64,000 nucleotides of DNA from Nitrospirales bacterium (GTDB lineage Bacteria > Nitrospirota > Nitrospiria > Nitrospirales > UBA8639), in the NCBI GenBank assembly GCA_965203295.1, contig CBDBCZ010000018.1:2464001-2528000 (forward strand), given 5' to 3'. Both the position numbers and the translations under genes were made by a program. Position 1 is the stretch's first letter. Each line of letters opens with the position of its first letter. The notes below the pieces were generated by a model, which saw only the letters and a program-made list of their open reading frames with translations, was not told where the DNA came from and did not search any database. This document shows positions 51,538 through 64,000 of this stretch, piece after piece.

Positions 51538-54500
51538 CTCCATTGATGGTTCATTTTCTGGGAGGCAATAATCTTCAATTATACTTTCTGGATGAGCTTT
51601 CTTTTCTTGCAATTCACCATTCAGCTCATACACTGAGGACTTTGTGCCACCATGTTTGACAGCAACGAACACTACTCCGAAGACTGCGACAACCAAGAGG
51701 GCAACAAGGATGATAGACAATGGCACAACCACTGCTACCACAGTTGTACTGTCATCAGAACCACGCTGAGCTGAGGGTAAAGGCAAAACAAAGTTCAGAA
51801 TAGCAATATAATGTAGGGAGGTGGAAGGTATTAAGAGTAGGAAGCTCCCACATGAAAGATTAAACTTCCTGTTACTATTTCAGAAATGCATATACCTGAG
51901 TCCATTAAAGAAGCAAAGTTGTTTGCTGTACCAGACAGCTCTTACAGCAGTGAATATTACCGGAGAATTGAGCAAATACATTTGTGTTAATCCGCTAAGA
52001 GTTGTGCTAAAGATGGAGGCACAGCCGACTATCATGCCACTGACTGTATGAGAATAGGACAGGTATGATCCTCATACGTGCTGCAATGATTTCTGTGAGA
52101 ATGCGCTGGGTACTGCATCACAGCAGGTGTGCACAATGACATAGAGAGGTAGAAGGGAGTAGGAATGGGAAGCTCTCATGTGAAAAATCAATTTTTTTCC
52201 CACAGGAGATATTATGGGCACACAGTCAGGACTAGCCTTGTTCTCAGTCCTATCCACCCCAGCCTCAAGATAAAAGCTGGGATTTGCAGGACTGGGAACA
52301 AGGATAGTCAGGAGAGCCTTGAAACAGTAGGTTATGGCTGTGTAGCAAAGCGATACTATGCCCTAAATAATCAGCAATCCCAACAAGGCCAGTGACAAGT
52401 CACTAATGCCACCATGACTAAAACTAGCAGCCAGTGGAAGGAAGACACGATCAGCTATTGTCAGGTCACAAACTTATTTATATGCAAAGTTTTCAAATAA
52501 CTGGCTAAGGGTGTTACTTGGGGCATGCAATAACGGAATGCTGAGCATTGTTTCTAAAGTTTCGGGATCCAGGATCAGCCGAAGTCAATTATATTACATT
52601 TCTCTCTCTAATTCTTCACATGAAGGTACTCATACCCACCCATACCATACATTTACCATGAGCACACCACTGCAATACTTACAGTTGCCATCTGTACCTC
52701 CAAAATGAAGAAAAGAAAGGCAATTAACATTAACTTCCTATAACTCTGTATGCCTTATAGTCAAGAGTTAGGTAGGTAAAAGGCCTGAACATTTTGGCTA
52801 ATCAGTTGTGCGAAGGGAATTGCCAACTGATTGTAAAATGTGTGAACGGCAGGTCCTACGACATTGACCACGTTTTGTTTGTGTGCGTGCATTTCGTCAT
52901 GTGTGCAATACAACGTATGGCACACCCTGGTCTGCTACTATGCAACTAATCCACTAGCAGGTTTGCAGGCCAAACGAGTTTAGTTTTCTGTTTCCTAGAC
53001 ATTGAAAAAGTAATATGCGACATAATATATTGCACACATGACGGGCTTGGATACATAGACAGACAAACAGACAAATGCATAAAATGTGAAACCCTATAGA
53101 ACGAGCTGTTCACAAACTTCATGCACACCCTGCTGGTTGGGCTATGCACTTCATACCAGTAGGGAGACCAACACTCCACCCCTGATAACCATATTGCATG
53201 GCAGGTATATACTCCTTGGCTTGATACCATACCACCCTGGCCCCACTTGTATTCATGTTCCACTGCCAAGGATACATAATCTGGACATACATGTACCAGT
53301 AGTAGAAGAGCTAGTGGGAGTAGTAGTAGCAGCAGTAGTAGTAGTAGGTTCAGGAGTGGTAGAAGCATCTATAAAAAAAAACAAACGGAAAGGTAAATTC
53401 ACCTCTTGCAATGTTAATCTAGCTCGCAAAGGGTACAGTGCCACATCTACTAACATTCAATATACTTGCACTAAACTTAATATCTACAATGCTTTATGTA
53501 CGTACCACACAAGCTGCAAATGAGTACAAAAAGATTAATTGTCACATCGTAAAAAGTAAATGATTGGGTTTGTAGCATATTTACTGCTATAGTTATACGA
53601 CAATGGCCAGTAGTTAGGTTAGTCATTTGGCAGTGATGTAGAGACTAGTGATACGGTATTACTACTCAGTCTTGCACCACAGACAGTTGATTGCAACTTG
53701 AAAAAATCTTGAGAGTTGGTGAGACATTAAAATTTCCCCAAAAGCACCACTAAAGCTGGGAGACTCATGAATACAGACAGACTGATCACACTGGGGGACT
53801 GACTATCATGTGACTTTCAGCAGCCATGTTGCTGTAGAAGCTGTATCACTATGACATGTAAGTGATTCACTAGTCAATATATGCTGGTGCTCATATGCAT
53901 ATGAATTACACGTATGCAAGCGCTAAAGCATGGGAGCTGTAGTCAGCCTACCTACAGTCCAGGAGACTACTGCATACATGTACTACTCAGTGATTGCCAA
54001 CTAAGATTTTATTTGCAGTGATTCTACTGCATAAAAAGTGATAGCAAAAAATGATCAATACAATGTGATAGAGCTCACCATGTAATATGTTACACTACAG
54101 ATGATGTAATGCACTATCCACTAGCATCCTGATAATTTAAAATCTGCCATTACTCATTTTTGGCTTTTAAATTAACTACTATACACTATGCTAAGATGCT
54201 CAGCAATCATACACTGTATGCTTAGCCTCGTTCACAGGCTCTACCCCCCCAGCTTTTTATAGTGCAAAAAAAGCTGTGGGAGTTGAGCCTGGGAACAAGG
54301 CTACTGTATGCTAGCAACACAACTCTGTACAATCTTACTGATCGTGACATGAAAGGTTTTGCTCAATGTGCCAACCGAGTTTGCGATGGGGTCATCAAGT
54401 TGTAGTTGCACTGAAAAATCATATGTATTTTGTGTTTCACCCTGTACGACAGTTCCTTCTTCAGAATCTGTACATGAAGAAGAGTCTAGGTTACTGCAGG

Positions 54501-54689
54501 AATACATCAGTCCGCTTGAAATCCGGGCCTCTCCACGATATAACAGTGAGCGTCTGACTTCTTGATGTTGTCCAAAACTACCACCATCAACATACTCAAC
54601 ATTAGTGTTAAATATAACAGTGTCAGGGGAAGCTGTAAATGTCTCCTGACAAGGAGTTGATGAGTCACAGCCTCGGTACTGTGCTCTGG
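51538..54689 (-). CDS. Type-I membrane protein: Cys-containing ectodomain, Thr-rich stalk, TM helix, cytoplasmic tail (5' exon unresolved)
   Basis: Phase-1 exons 54339-54689 (ARAQYRGCDSSTPCQ..SKTFHVTI), 53297-53368 (DASTTPEPTTTT..), 52683-52697 (GTDGN) and 51538-51770 (..VVAVVVPLSIILVALLVVAVFGVVFVAVKH..), all with AG/GT ends. Confidence 0.75.
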
Positions 54690-54727
<38 letters not shown>

Positions 54728-56139
54728 AAGATGTACATGTCACAGTAGTATTATGCTAAGAATAATATTACAGCTGACACATCAGTTTGAATTCATGCTC
54801 CTCCCCAGAGGCAGGTAGATTAACAATCATGGCTCACCACTACTGAAGAATAATTATTAAGACTTGCAATGAACTGTTACAGCATCATTGTCAGAGGGAG
54901 ATGCAAAGGCTTGCTCAGCAGGAATACATGTACCATTCACCGAAATTTCTGTAGATACTCACTGGCATGGCTAATCTCCACCCCTTTACTCAACAATAGT
55001 GGATATTCCGGGGGTAGATTGTCATCAGCCTCATTCTCAGGTTTGCATACACATAGCCACATATAATAAAGCACAGGCTATAGGCAAATTCTTGCACAGC
55101 TAGTGCACCGTGTATCGTGGCACAACTGCTGCTATGTGCAATCAATAAGATTAATTAGTCACGGGTTTCTACCCTCAGTTTCATTTTTCCTATATTCATA
55201 AAGGGAAATAACTAGTAAATTGAACTCACTGAAATGCAATTATAATGAATAGCACTGAAGTACTGAACCCTCGGCACAGCTAGCTAACTGCAAGATTTTG
55301 GAATTCACTGAATGAATTTAGTCCTGTTGAGACAGCTAATTATATAATGCCCTATACATGACGAGTCAGGTATTCAAACTTCCTGAAAATACGTACATTA
55401 GTTTACATGAAGTTAACCAAGTTCATTCACGTGAGTGTGCATGTTATATCAATGCGTGTGTCCTCTGCAGCCGATGAGGTTCATGGTAAGTTATTCTATT
55501 GTTGTGTTGTAGGCTTATAGTGTTTAATGTGAAACATAAATTGTCAAAAATCATTGCAGTTTTGATATTATAATCACAACCACAGTCTGAAGTTAACAGA
55601 ACAGCTCAATGGTATAGATAGATAGATAAACATTTTTACATCACACCACAGGGGCAGCAGTATATAACAAAATCAAATGAGTATAAGATCCAACGCACGT
55701 GTTTCGTCCTAAGTCTCGTGCCCAGACCCAGATTTGATGCCATGCGCACGTGAGAGGCGTGTCTGACCCACATACAGAGAGCTACATGCTTTGGAAGCCA
55801 CTTCCACAAAGCTCAGAGTTATAGCTAATTTTGGTGAGGCCGCCCTTGTTATAAAGCGTTGTAATTTTTTTTATATCTTACCCTCTTTTCATTCCTGAGC
55901 ACTTATGTTAAACTCCATAATCTGCTCTGTATTCCATATACCCTACACATTTTGAGAGACATTGTTTTTTAGGTAATAAAGTAATTTAAAGTGGTTGCAA
56001 TCATTTTAAAATTCAATTGTTTTCTGAATCTACTTTTTTGTTTGGAGCATACAATACATATTTCAAACTAGCATGAACGGATACATTAAACAAACAAACT
56101 GATTGAAAATATGCCTACCCCTTTTACAATATGACTCAC

Positions 56140-56262
56140 TTGTGCAATTCACTCCATCCCCTTCATATCCAGTGACACATGTACAGTTGAAGCTTCCTTC
56201 AGTGTCTGAGCAAATTGCATTTATGTCACAGTTATCAGCGCCTCTTACACATTTATCAATGT
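56140..56262 (-). CDS. Ca-binding EGF-like exon (phase 1-1)
   Basis: cag|DIDKCVRGADNCDINAICSDTEGSFNCTCVTGYEGDGVNCT|gtgagt; paralog of 42924-43046. Confidence 0.82.
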
Positions 56263-57180
56263 CTGCATGGAGTGAAATGCAGTAGAGAATACAGATTGAT
56301 AAGCTTCTTTAGGGGCACTGAGGACTGCTGCTGCAATCTTCTGAAATACGAATAGATATATTGTGCCCACCCCTCTAATCAGTATAATTATCTTAACAGA
56401 TATCATTCTTGTGCAATTAGTGTCACTCTCTCACAGCCATGAATACAGCTACAGCTAAAGTTACATGTTACATCACAGGAGAGTGCATATGTAGTTGAGT
56501 CTTTCTAGTTGACACTTTCAAGAAGCATAGTAAACATTGTTAAGAGTGACCTAAAACAAGTCAAAATCATTTCTTATCATGACAGATGTTGTCGAGCGGT
56601 TATAAAACTCTACATAATTCAATAACGCCACAGAACCTTGTTTCTGGGTGACAAAATATGCAAGCAATGTTGACTAAGTATTAGCTTTCCAGGACATCTG
56701 ATTGCTAAATGCGTTCATCTTGGTTATACAATGTTACTATGTACAGTGCAGTCATCAGAACAGTTAGCTATATAGTGAGCTAGTCTGGTATCTACGTCAG
56801 ATGTGTGAAAGCACTATACTCAGACATTCATGGAAGTATAAAAGATGCTGTTGTAGGCTCACTTTATGATCTTGCAGTCACTATGTATATGGTAGTAGCT
56901 GCCGAGAATGCTGGCAATGTGAAAGGATTACCAACACATTTCTACACTCCTCTTTAGTACCATTCCCATACCACTAAAGTATATCAAGGTTTCTGTACAT
57001 GTACTCCGTGTATCAACCGCAGAGGAATGCGGCCAATAGTTTGGGAGGAAGAACTGCATATCTAGACGTCTTTTCCCAGCAGCACGCACATTCACAATTC
57101 AACACGCATTATAACTTACGTACCTACCCAAATCCAACTCCCCCAAGCGATTGAAACAGCCGGTAAACACCTTTTCTACT

Positions 57181-57342
57181 AACAATTTTTATTAGCAACC
57201 AAGAAGCATGCACTAACTCCTTTGCTACTTTAGTTCAGGTTTAGAAAAGTCAATCCTTTTTTACTAATTTGACTTTCCCAAACCTGAACTAAAAGTAGCA
57301 TAGGGGTTAGTGCATGCTTCTTGGTTGCTAATTAAAATTGTT
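57181..57342. repeat. 162-bp near-perfect palindrome (MITE-like)
   Basis: aacaattttt attagcaaccaagaagcatgcactaac...ttagttcaggttt vs aaacctgaactaa...gttagtgcatgcttcttggttgctaattaaaattgtt. Confidence 0.9.
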
Positions 57343-60300
57343 CTGCCCTCTGATAATTTCATACTTGCAAGCTTACGTCTAAGTATGAGCTGGCGGTGCT
57401 CTACTAGCACCATGCAGTACTAGCCTCGGTCCCAGGCTCTCTGCAAGCAACGAAAAGCTGGATGAGAGTCTGGGTTCGAGGCTACGTACATTACTACCTC
57501 TATTTGATGAGTTGGTTTAGTCAGTGAAGATATGCAAATAGACATTGTGTTTTTCTTGGCACAGGTGGGTAGTATTTTTCCTGGAATACATAGTGTCACA
57601 CCTTAAGGTAGCCCATGCATTGCTAATGAACTCTTTTCTTGGAAAATGTGGGTGTTACATGAGCACTCCTTATGATAGTACATGCTCACTTGTACTACCA
57701 AAAGGAATGCACATGATTGTGTAACACCTGCTTATTCCAGGAAAAGTAGACAACCACAATGTCTGCAATAAAACTGCATATAATAAATACTTACTATATA
57801 AATAATTAAACTAGAGGGGTGTTAACACTAAATACCTGAAATTTTTATTGTAGGAGGTGGTGTGTGTAGAGATAGCAGGGATGATCGCCTCAATAGTTGT
57901 ATAATAATGTTACATTTTATTTTCATTTTCATGTTCATTGAACAATATAAGCATAGCAATACTAGCTACAAGTTGTGTGCATATTTAATTTTCTGCTAAC
58001 TGAGCTGAAGGCATGGATAACATTGCCACTTACTAAAATAAACTATTATAACCTTGTACTAATTGGTAATAAAAAGTGGGAACATTCTTGCTATCTAGGT
58101 ACAATGAACCTTTGTTATGATGTAATGGGGGTTGCAAAGTCACATTATTGTACGTATGTCATGCAGTACATTACTACACAGGCTAGCTACATGTACATGC
58201 ACGTACGTTTCTTGGAATAAATGTGCACGCTGCATCATTGAAGGGCTGTCTAACCTCCTACCATATGTGACTTCTTGCCCAGATCTATCTTGCAGCAATT
58301 TTACCCAGCTGATAACTGCAAGATGAATTATCTGGGTTGTGCACTATGTTTGAACACCCTAAAACGTAGGATAACTACATGTATGTATAATATTCTAATG
58401 TCGCTGCCGTAGCACTTATGCCATTGACCACACACCCACATACACAGGCAGAGCTTGTAACATCTCCAGTCAGAAGACAAGAGGAAGAGCAATCAGATGT
58501 TACAACATCCAGATCACTATATCTTCCAGATTAATAATACATCTTAACTAGTCTTAAATAAGCCTTAAAATTATACCTGTATATTTTCTGTTGTTTGAGC
58601 GCAGTGAATTAAATGGAAAATGCGCTCTCATTGTTGCATGCGCAGTTAGCTAGAGCTAAGCCACCGCCAGTGTGGCGGAAAATTCCAACTGGTTGCTACT
58701 AGGCTGGGCTGTGGGTATATAAGCTTATGCTGGGGCTGCTTGGAGCATCTCTCGGCAGCAGCAGCAGTGAAGTGAAGGATTGTGGTGGGAGTATATATAA
58801 TACAGTAGTCATGTGGAGTGTTTTTTTTTCCTGCTCAGGTACATCGGGCTGTGAAAGCCTGACCTCCATCTACTGAGACTGTATGGAGTTTGACAGCCGT
58901 CTTGAGCTGGTGGCAAGACTTCTGTATGCTGAGCGCACCTACGGAGGCTGTATGGAGTTGACACCAGTGCAGAGACAGTTCTAGAAGCCAAGTGCATGTC
59001 CAGAGACCGTATGGAGTGGACAATTGTGCAATCATTTTGTGTGTGTGTTGCTGTGTGTTGCTGGGAGGTTTTGTTCCTTTGTTTTTTCACCTCACTGTTT
59101 TTCCTCACATGTTGAGGTTTTTTAAGTGATGGTGTTTTTTCCCCTGCGCACACTGGCCATGTGTCCTAAATATGTTGTGCCCACATTACTCCTTGTTTGG
59201 CCCATCCCAGCCTATTTTATGTACAAGTAGCTAGTTTTGTGGTGTACAGTTGACTTGTTTTGCGGTACAAGTTGGGCACTATCAACAATTTGCTGGCTGT
59301 CAGCTCTCAGCTGTCATGCTGCCTGGTCCAACCATAATGTATTCTTCGAAATGAGAGGTCCCAAATCTCACACCCTAAAAACAGAGGCTGTTTTCTTAAA
59401 ATTATTGAGCGTACTAAACTCTTCAGAGCTCCTTCCCCCCCCCCCTCAAAAGATTTCAAATGGTATCATACACAGGACACTGCCAGAGCACATGTACTAC
59501 ACTCTCACATTCTTCCCCACATAACTTACACTGCCTGTTATCATTTTTACCCTTGTGTTGGCTATTAATGGACTTTCCCTGAAAGTGTACAATAATTAAA
59601 CATAATAGTCCCTGAAACATAGTATAAGTAATTGACCATTAACTATCCTAGCTTTCAGGGCAGTTCTAACATTGTATAATGGAGGCAAAAGAGAACATGT
59701 GCTGTTATGTTTATGCGGATGAAAACATAAAACTTGTTCCCTTGTAGCTATATTCCCAGCACTTAAACTTTCAACCCTGCTGGTATGATGAGTTACAACA
59801 GTATTGTGTTACATAATAAGAATATTCATGAGAATATTCATGCAGGCCCTATGCACATTATTGGTTACCGGACTGAGCTTGTCTAACAAGACTACATAGT
59901 AATACTGCACAAAGGTCCTCACCCAATGGCTCTTCTAGACATACGCATGCACAGGGAGGCATCGCGCAGAGACACATGGAGAGCTAGATCGAGCTATAGA
60001 GAGGAATCACAAACCGCACCCACTTTGGAAGCTGCTACAGCATGCAACAACATGCATCTAATCAGTCATAAGTACTAAAACCTTACACATGATTAGTAAT
60101 GCGTGTTTAAGTAGTACTCATTTGGATCCTGGAGCCCACCCACGTACAACTGGGCTCCCCCTTTTAGCCGTGTTGCCAGGCAGTCAAAAACAATATATGG
60201 CTTGGGAAACAGGCTATTTTCGCTCTCAGCGCCAAGCTAGGCATGCATTAATTAATATCAAGTCTGGATTTGCATCTAATGTGACGATCACAACATGCAT

Positions 60301-60968
60301 CTAATCAGTCATAACATGGTAACACTGCAGCATTAAGGAAGTTTTAAATTGTCTCATGGTGGGATGTACTTTTAGCACACACACTATCTAGCCATGTTCC
60401 CAGTCTCCACTCCTCACTAACTTTTTCCAGTGAGCAAAAAAGCTGGAGTGTGGAGACTGGGAACGGGGCTACACACACACATATAAAATATACAGCAGTG
60501 CGTACTCAATCCCAGACCTCCCCCAGAATTTGGCGCTTGCAATAGAAAAACATGAATTTCTGCATTTGGGGAGTGAGCCCCCCAATGCTGCAGTGCAAAC
60601 ATGACTTCCTCCATTCAGTTGGGACACAAACAAGAAACGGGGATTAAGTTTAATTGCTGGAATAATCTAGTCCACCATACAGCATATTTCACAATAAAAG
60701 TAAAGCCAGAGTGTCTTACTCGAGACATGATGTTGCACTGGTCTGAATGAAGGCATAACTCACAAAAAATTTGGTGAAAAAGGGCATTGTGGTACTGTAA
60801 TCCAAGCACTTTCCTTTCAATAAGCTAGCGAATTTCTTGAGTGAGACTACCTTACTTTAGTGGTTATAAACTATTAAAAATTTGCTCCCAGAAACATCTT
60901 TAACACTCTGTGCTATAATAATTATGAGCAGTTAGCTTACCGTACTAGCCTTGTTGCCAGCCTCCCCC

Positions 60969-61002
<34 letters not shown>

Positions 61003-61202
61003 TGGCCAGACACTCTGAGCGAATCGATGCAGTGATCATTCTATGGAGAATAAAGTAGAAGGAAGGTTAGCTCTTCTACTCTACTCTCATCATAAAAATG
61101 AGATATGGATGTACACCTTTTGACTATATACTAGCTCTATGATTGCATACGCGACAGCAATTATGATAAGCTTAATCACATTCATTATGCTGTTTGCTGA
61201 AT

Positions 61203-61612
61203 GGGCTATTCCATTTTATAACTGTACACCACCTATGGATGACAACTTTCGCCTTTTGTCCCCTGGACAAGATATTCTATAATTTTGCCCCCGGATACTG
61301 AGATTTTGACCTCTGGACGCGTATGGTTTTTGATGTTACCCCTGGACATAATAATTTCTTACCCCTGGACAACTTGGATTTCACAGCGAACCCCTGGACA
61401 AGAAGAACGAAATGGTGTTACTATTTGCTGAACCCCCTAGACACACGTTTTTTCTGTATAGCACCCCCTGGACATGGCGATTTTGACCCCTGGACACATC
61501 CCAATATTCAAAAAGAACCCCCGGACAAATGTCTCGTTGGTACCCTGGACAAAACCACTTTGTGAAATTTTGTCATCCATAGGGGGTGTACGGGTATAAA
61601 ATGGAATAACCC
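61203..61612. mobile_element. PIF/Harbinger-ISL2EU-like MITE, ~45-bp TIRs, AAT duplication
   Basis: aat|gggctattccattttata..tgtacacc.cctatggatgacaa ... ttgtcatccatagggggtgtac..tataaaatggaataaccc|aat; 11 internal ccctggaca-like motifs. Confidence 0.85.
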
Positions 61613-62529
61613 AATACCTGAACACGTGTGGTCTAGAGGCCTTGCAAGTGCATGTTGCAAGATGCCTGTACAAGTACAGCGAATAGGCAATGGCTGTGCG
61701 TAACCTATTTTGCATTCTTATCTTATTGCGTAGTGTGCTAATAGATAAATTATAGAGCATGCTCATACCTTGCTCCGTTTTCAGCGCATCGAAGACAAGG
61801 CTTCCTCTTAACTGCCAGCATGCAGTGCGACTATAGCACCCCCAGGGCACGGTGTCAGAACAAAGCCTGCAAATCATGGTGATACCGGTATCTCGCGTTG
61901 AGGTCGACACCACGTGCTAGCTCGAGTTGTACTCTCGCAGCAGCATGGATTCGCTAGCAATTTCCGAACCGTGGATCCGCACGTGGCACTTGATTTCTAG
62001 ACCCCGATCTAGATCTCGGGGCCCCGCAGCTATGCATGGCTGTAGCGCACACTGCCCCATCTCAAGTAGTCTCGCAAAGTCTGGCCCGCGAGACTACATC
62101 TCAGAACTCTAGGCTAGCTGCATCCCCATCACTGAAAGATCAAAAAAGCGGAAGGACACAGGAACTTGGAGAGTATGGAGGTGAGTGTGGGATATAACCA
62201 TTGATTTGCGACCACTGATCCTGCAAGGTATCTGGACGTCAGTACTGACGTCAGTAAATCCATACATGCGCGCGTGTGCATGGAGTTACAGCATCATTTG
62301 TGCTGATCAGGTCTGATGTCATTGAAAGTTCGTCGTATATCTAGCTACCTCTATAAGTTTGGAGCCACGAAGGAGTGACGACTGCTATTACCCTGGGATT
62401 AGTGACCAACCGATCAACAGAAGAATAGCTGATGCCCCATGACATAACTACTCCTCCTCCGATTAACAGAAAAATGGTGCTATTCCCAGCTCCACCACCA
62501 TGAACAGTACACTGGTGAACACGAATTGA

Positions 62530-63890
62530 CAAGAAAGCATTTTCTGACAGATGGCTGTAGTACTAAATGCACACATTATGTGTATGACTGTGTAGGTGTA
62601 GTGTATTGTGTGTGACTGTGTGTGTGTGGGGGGGGGGGGGGGCTATCTATTTTCCTGACAAGGAACCATTTTCCTGACAGACGACTGTAAGTATTATATA
62701 TGCGTGCACACATTGTGTGTATGTGCATTGTGTGTGTGTGTGTGTGGGGGGGGGGGGGGTCTCTAATTTCCTGACAAGGAAGCATTTTCCTGACAGATGA
62801 CTGTAAGTACTATATGCACACAATGTGTGTATGTGTAGTGTATTGTGTGTGTGTGCCAGACGACTGTATAAGATGGTATGTATATGTCAGATGACTGTAT
62901 AATATTAATATGTGTATATATATACATGATGTGTACTGTATTGTGTGTGTGTGGTGTGTGTGTGGGGGGGGGGTCTCTATTTTCCTGACTAGGAAGCATT
63001 TTTCTGACAGTCGACTGAGAGTACTATAATAATATATGCACACATTGTGTGTATGTGCAGTGCATTGTGTGTGTGTGTGGTGGGAGGGGGGGCTCTCTAT
63101 TTTCCTGACAAGGAAGCATTTTCCTGACAGATGACTGTAAGTACTATATGCACACAATGTGTGTATGTGTAGTGTATTGTGTGTGTGTGCCAGACGACTG
63201 TATAAGATGGTATGTATATGTCAGATGACTGTATAATATTAATATGTGTATATATATACATGATGTGTACTGTATTGTGTGTGTGTGGTGTGTGTGTGGG
63301 GGGGGGGTCTCTATTTTCCTGACTAGGAAGCATTTTTCTGACAGTCGACTGAGAGTACTATAATAATATATGCACACATTGTGTGTATGTGCAGTGCATT
63401 GTGTGTGTGTGTGGTGGGAGGGGGGGCTCTCTATTTTCCTGACAAGGAAGCATTTTCCTGACAGATGACTGTAAGTACATGATATATGTATATGCACCAT
63501 TGTGTGTATGTGTAGTGCATTTTGTGTGTGTGTGGTGGGGGGGGGGGGTTCTCTATTTTCCTGACAAGGAAGCATTTTCCTGACAGATGTATATTATGCA
63601 CACATGGTGTGTATGTGTAGTGTATTGTATGTGTGTGTGTGGTGTGTGGGGGGGGGGGGGTCTCTATTTTCCTGACAAGGAAGCATTTTCCTGACAGATG
63701 ACTAAGTTATATTATGCACACATTGTGTGTATGTGTAGTGTATTGTGTGTGTGTGTGTGTGTGTGTGGTGTGGGGGGGGTCTCTATTTTCCTGACAAGGA
63801 AGCATTTTCCTGACAGAAGATGTATGTGTGCACTGTATTGCGTGTGTATGGGAGAGAGTAGGGGGTGGTCTCTATAGTTTCCTGACACAT
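62530..63890. repeat. Compound tandem repeat (~115-215 bp units) with near-exact 334-bp duplication
   Basis: tctctattttcctgacaaggaagcattttcctgacag + (TG)n + G-run units; near-identical ORFs at 62763 and 63097, offset 334. Confidence 0.93.
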
Positions 63891-64000
63891 ACATGTACAG
63901 GTCAGAGGAGGTTGGCCAAGGTGAACCATTGCAAGGTCTCTTATAATATAAAGGTGGTTGGGGATTGGACAGTATATCTTTGCATTGAATGCCTCCATGC

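Noticed and set aside
51600..51640. ITIM in the membrane protein tail (SVYELN)
   Set aside because: Y+3 residue is N, not L or V

Overview
Repeat-rich, intron-containing eukaryotic (metazoan) DNA; the repeat families and gene content suggest a marine invertebrate, plausibly a demosponge (inference). 1-28.3 kb is heterochromatin-like: a ~113-bp satellite, a T-rich array of tRNA-like units, and a large hierarchical GTATACAC satellite (10 bp > ~122 bp > ~2 kb). That satellite is interrupted by a frameshifted Crypton-type tyrosine recombinase element, a P/THAP9-type transposase remnant, Helitron-like fragments and a palindrome-headed non-autonomous element. 28.3-64 kb holds host gene pieces: an intron-bearing Twinkle (TWNK) pseudogene fragment, a FAM166C/CIMIP2C-like gene, Ca-binding EGF exons, two Ig-domain exons and a type-I membrane protein gene with a 15-bp microexon. 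These lie among many MITEs, SINEs, foldbacks and minisatellites. Most ORFs in the supplied track are repeat artefacts. No prokaryotic, CRISPR or clearly novel enzymatic system is supported; the best leads are mobile-element and satellite architecture. All protein assignments are by-eye motif recognition, not database searches.
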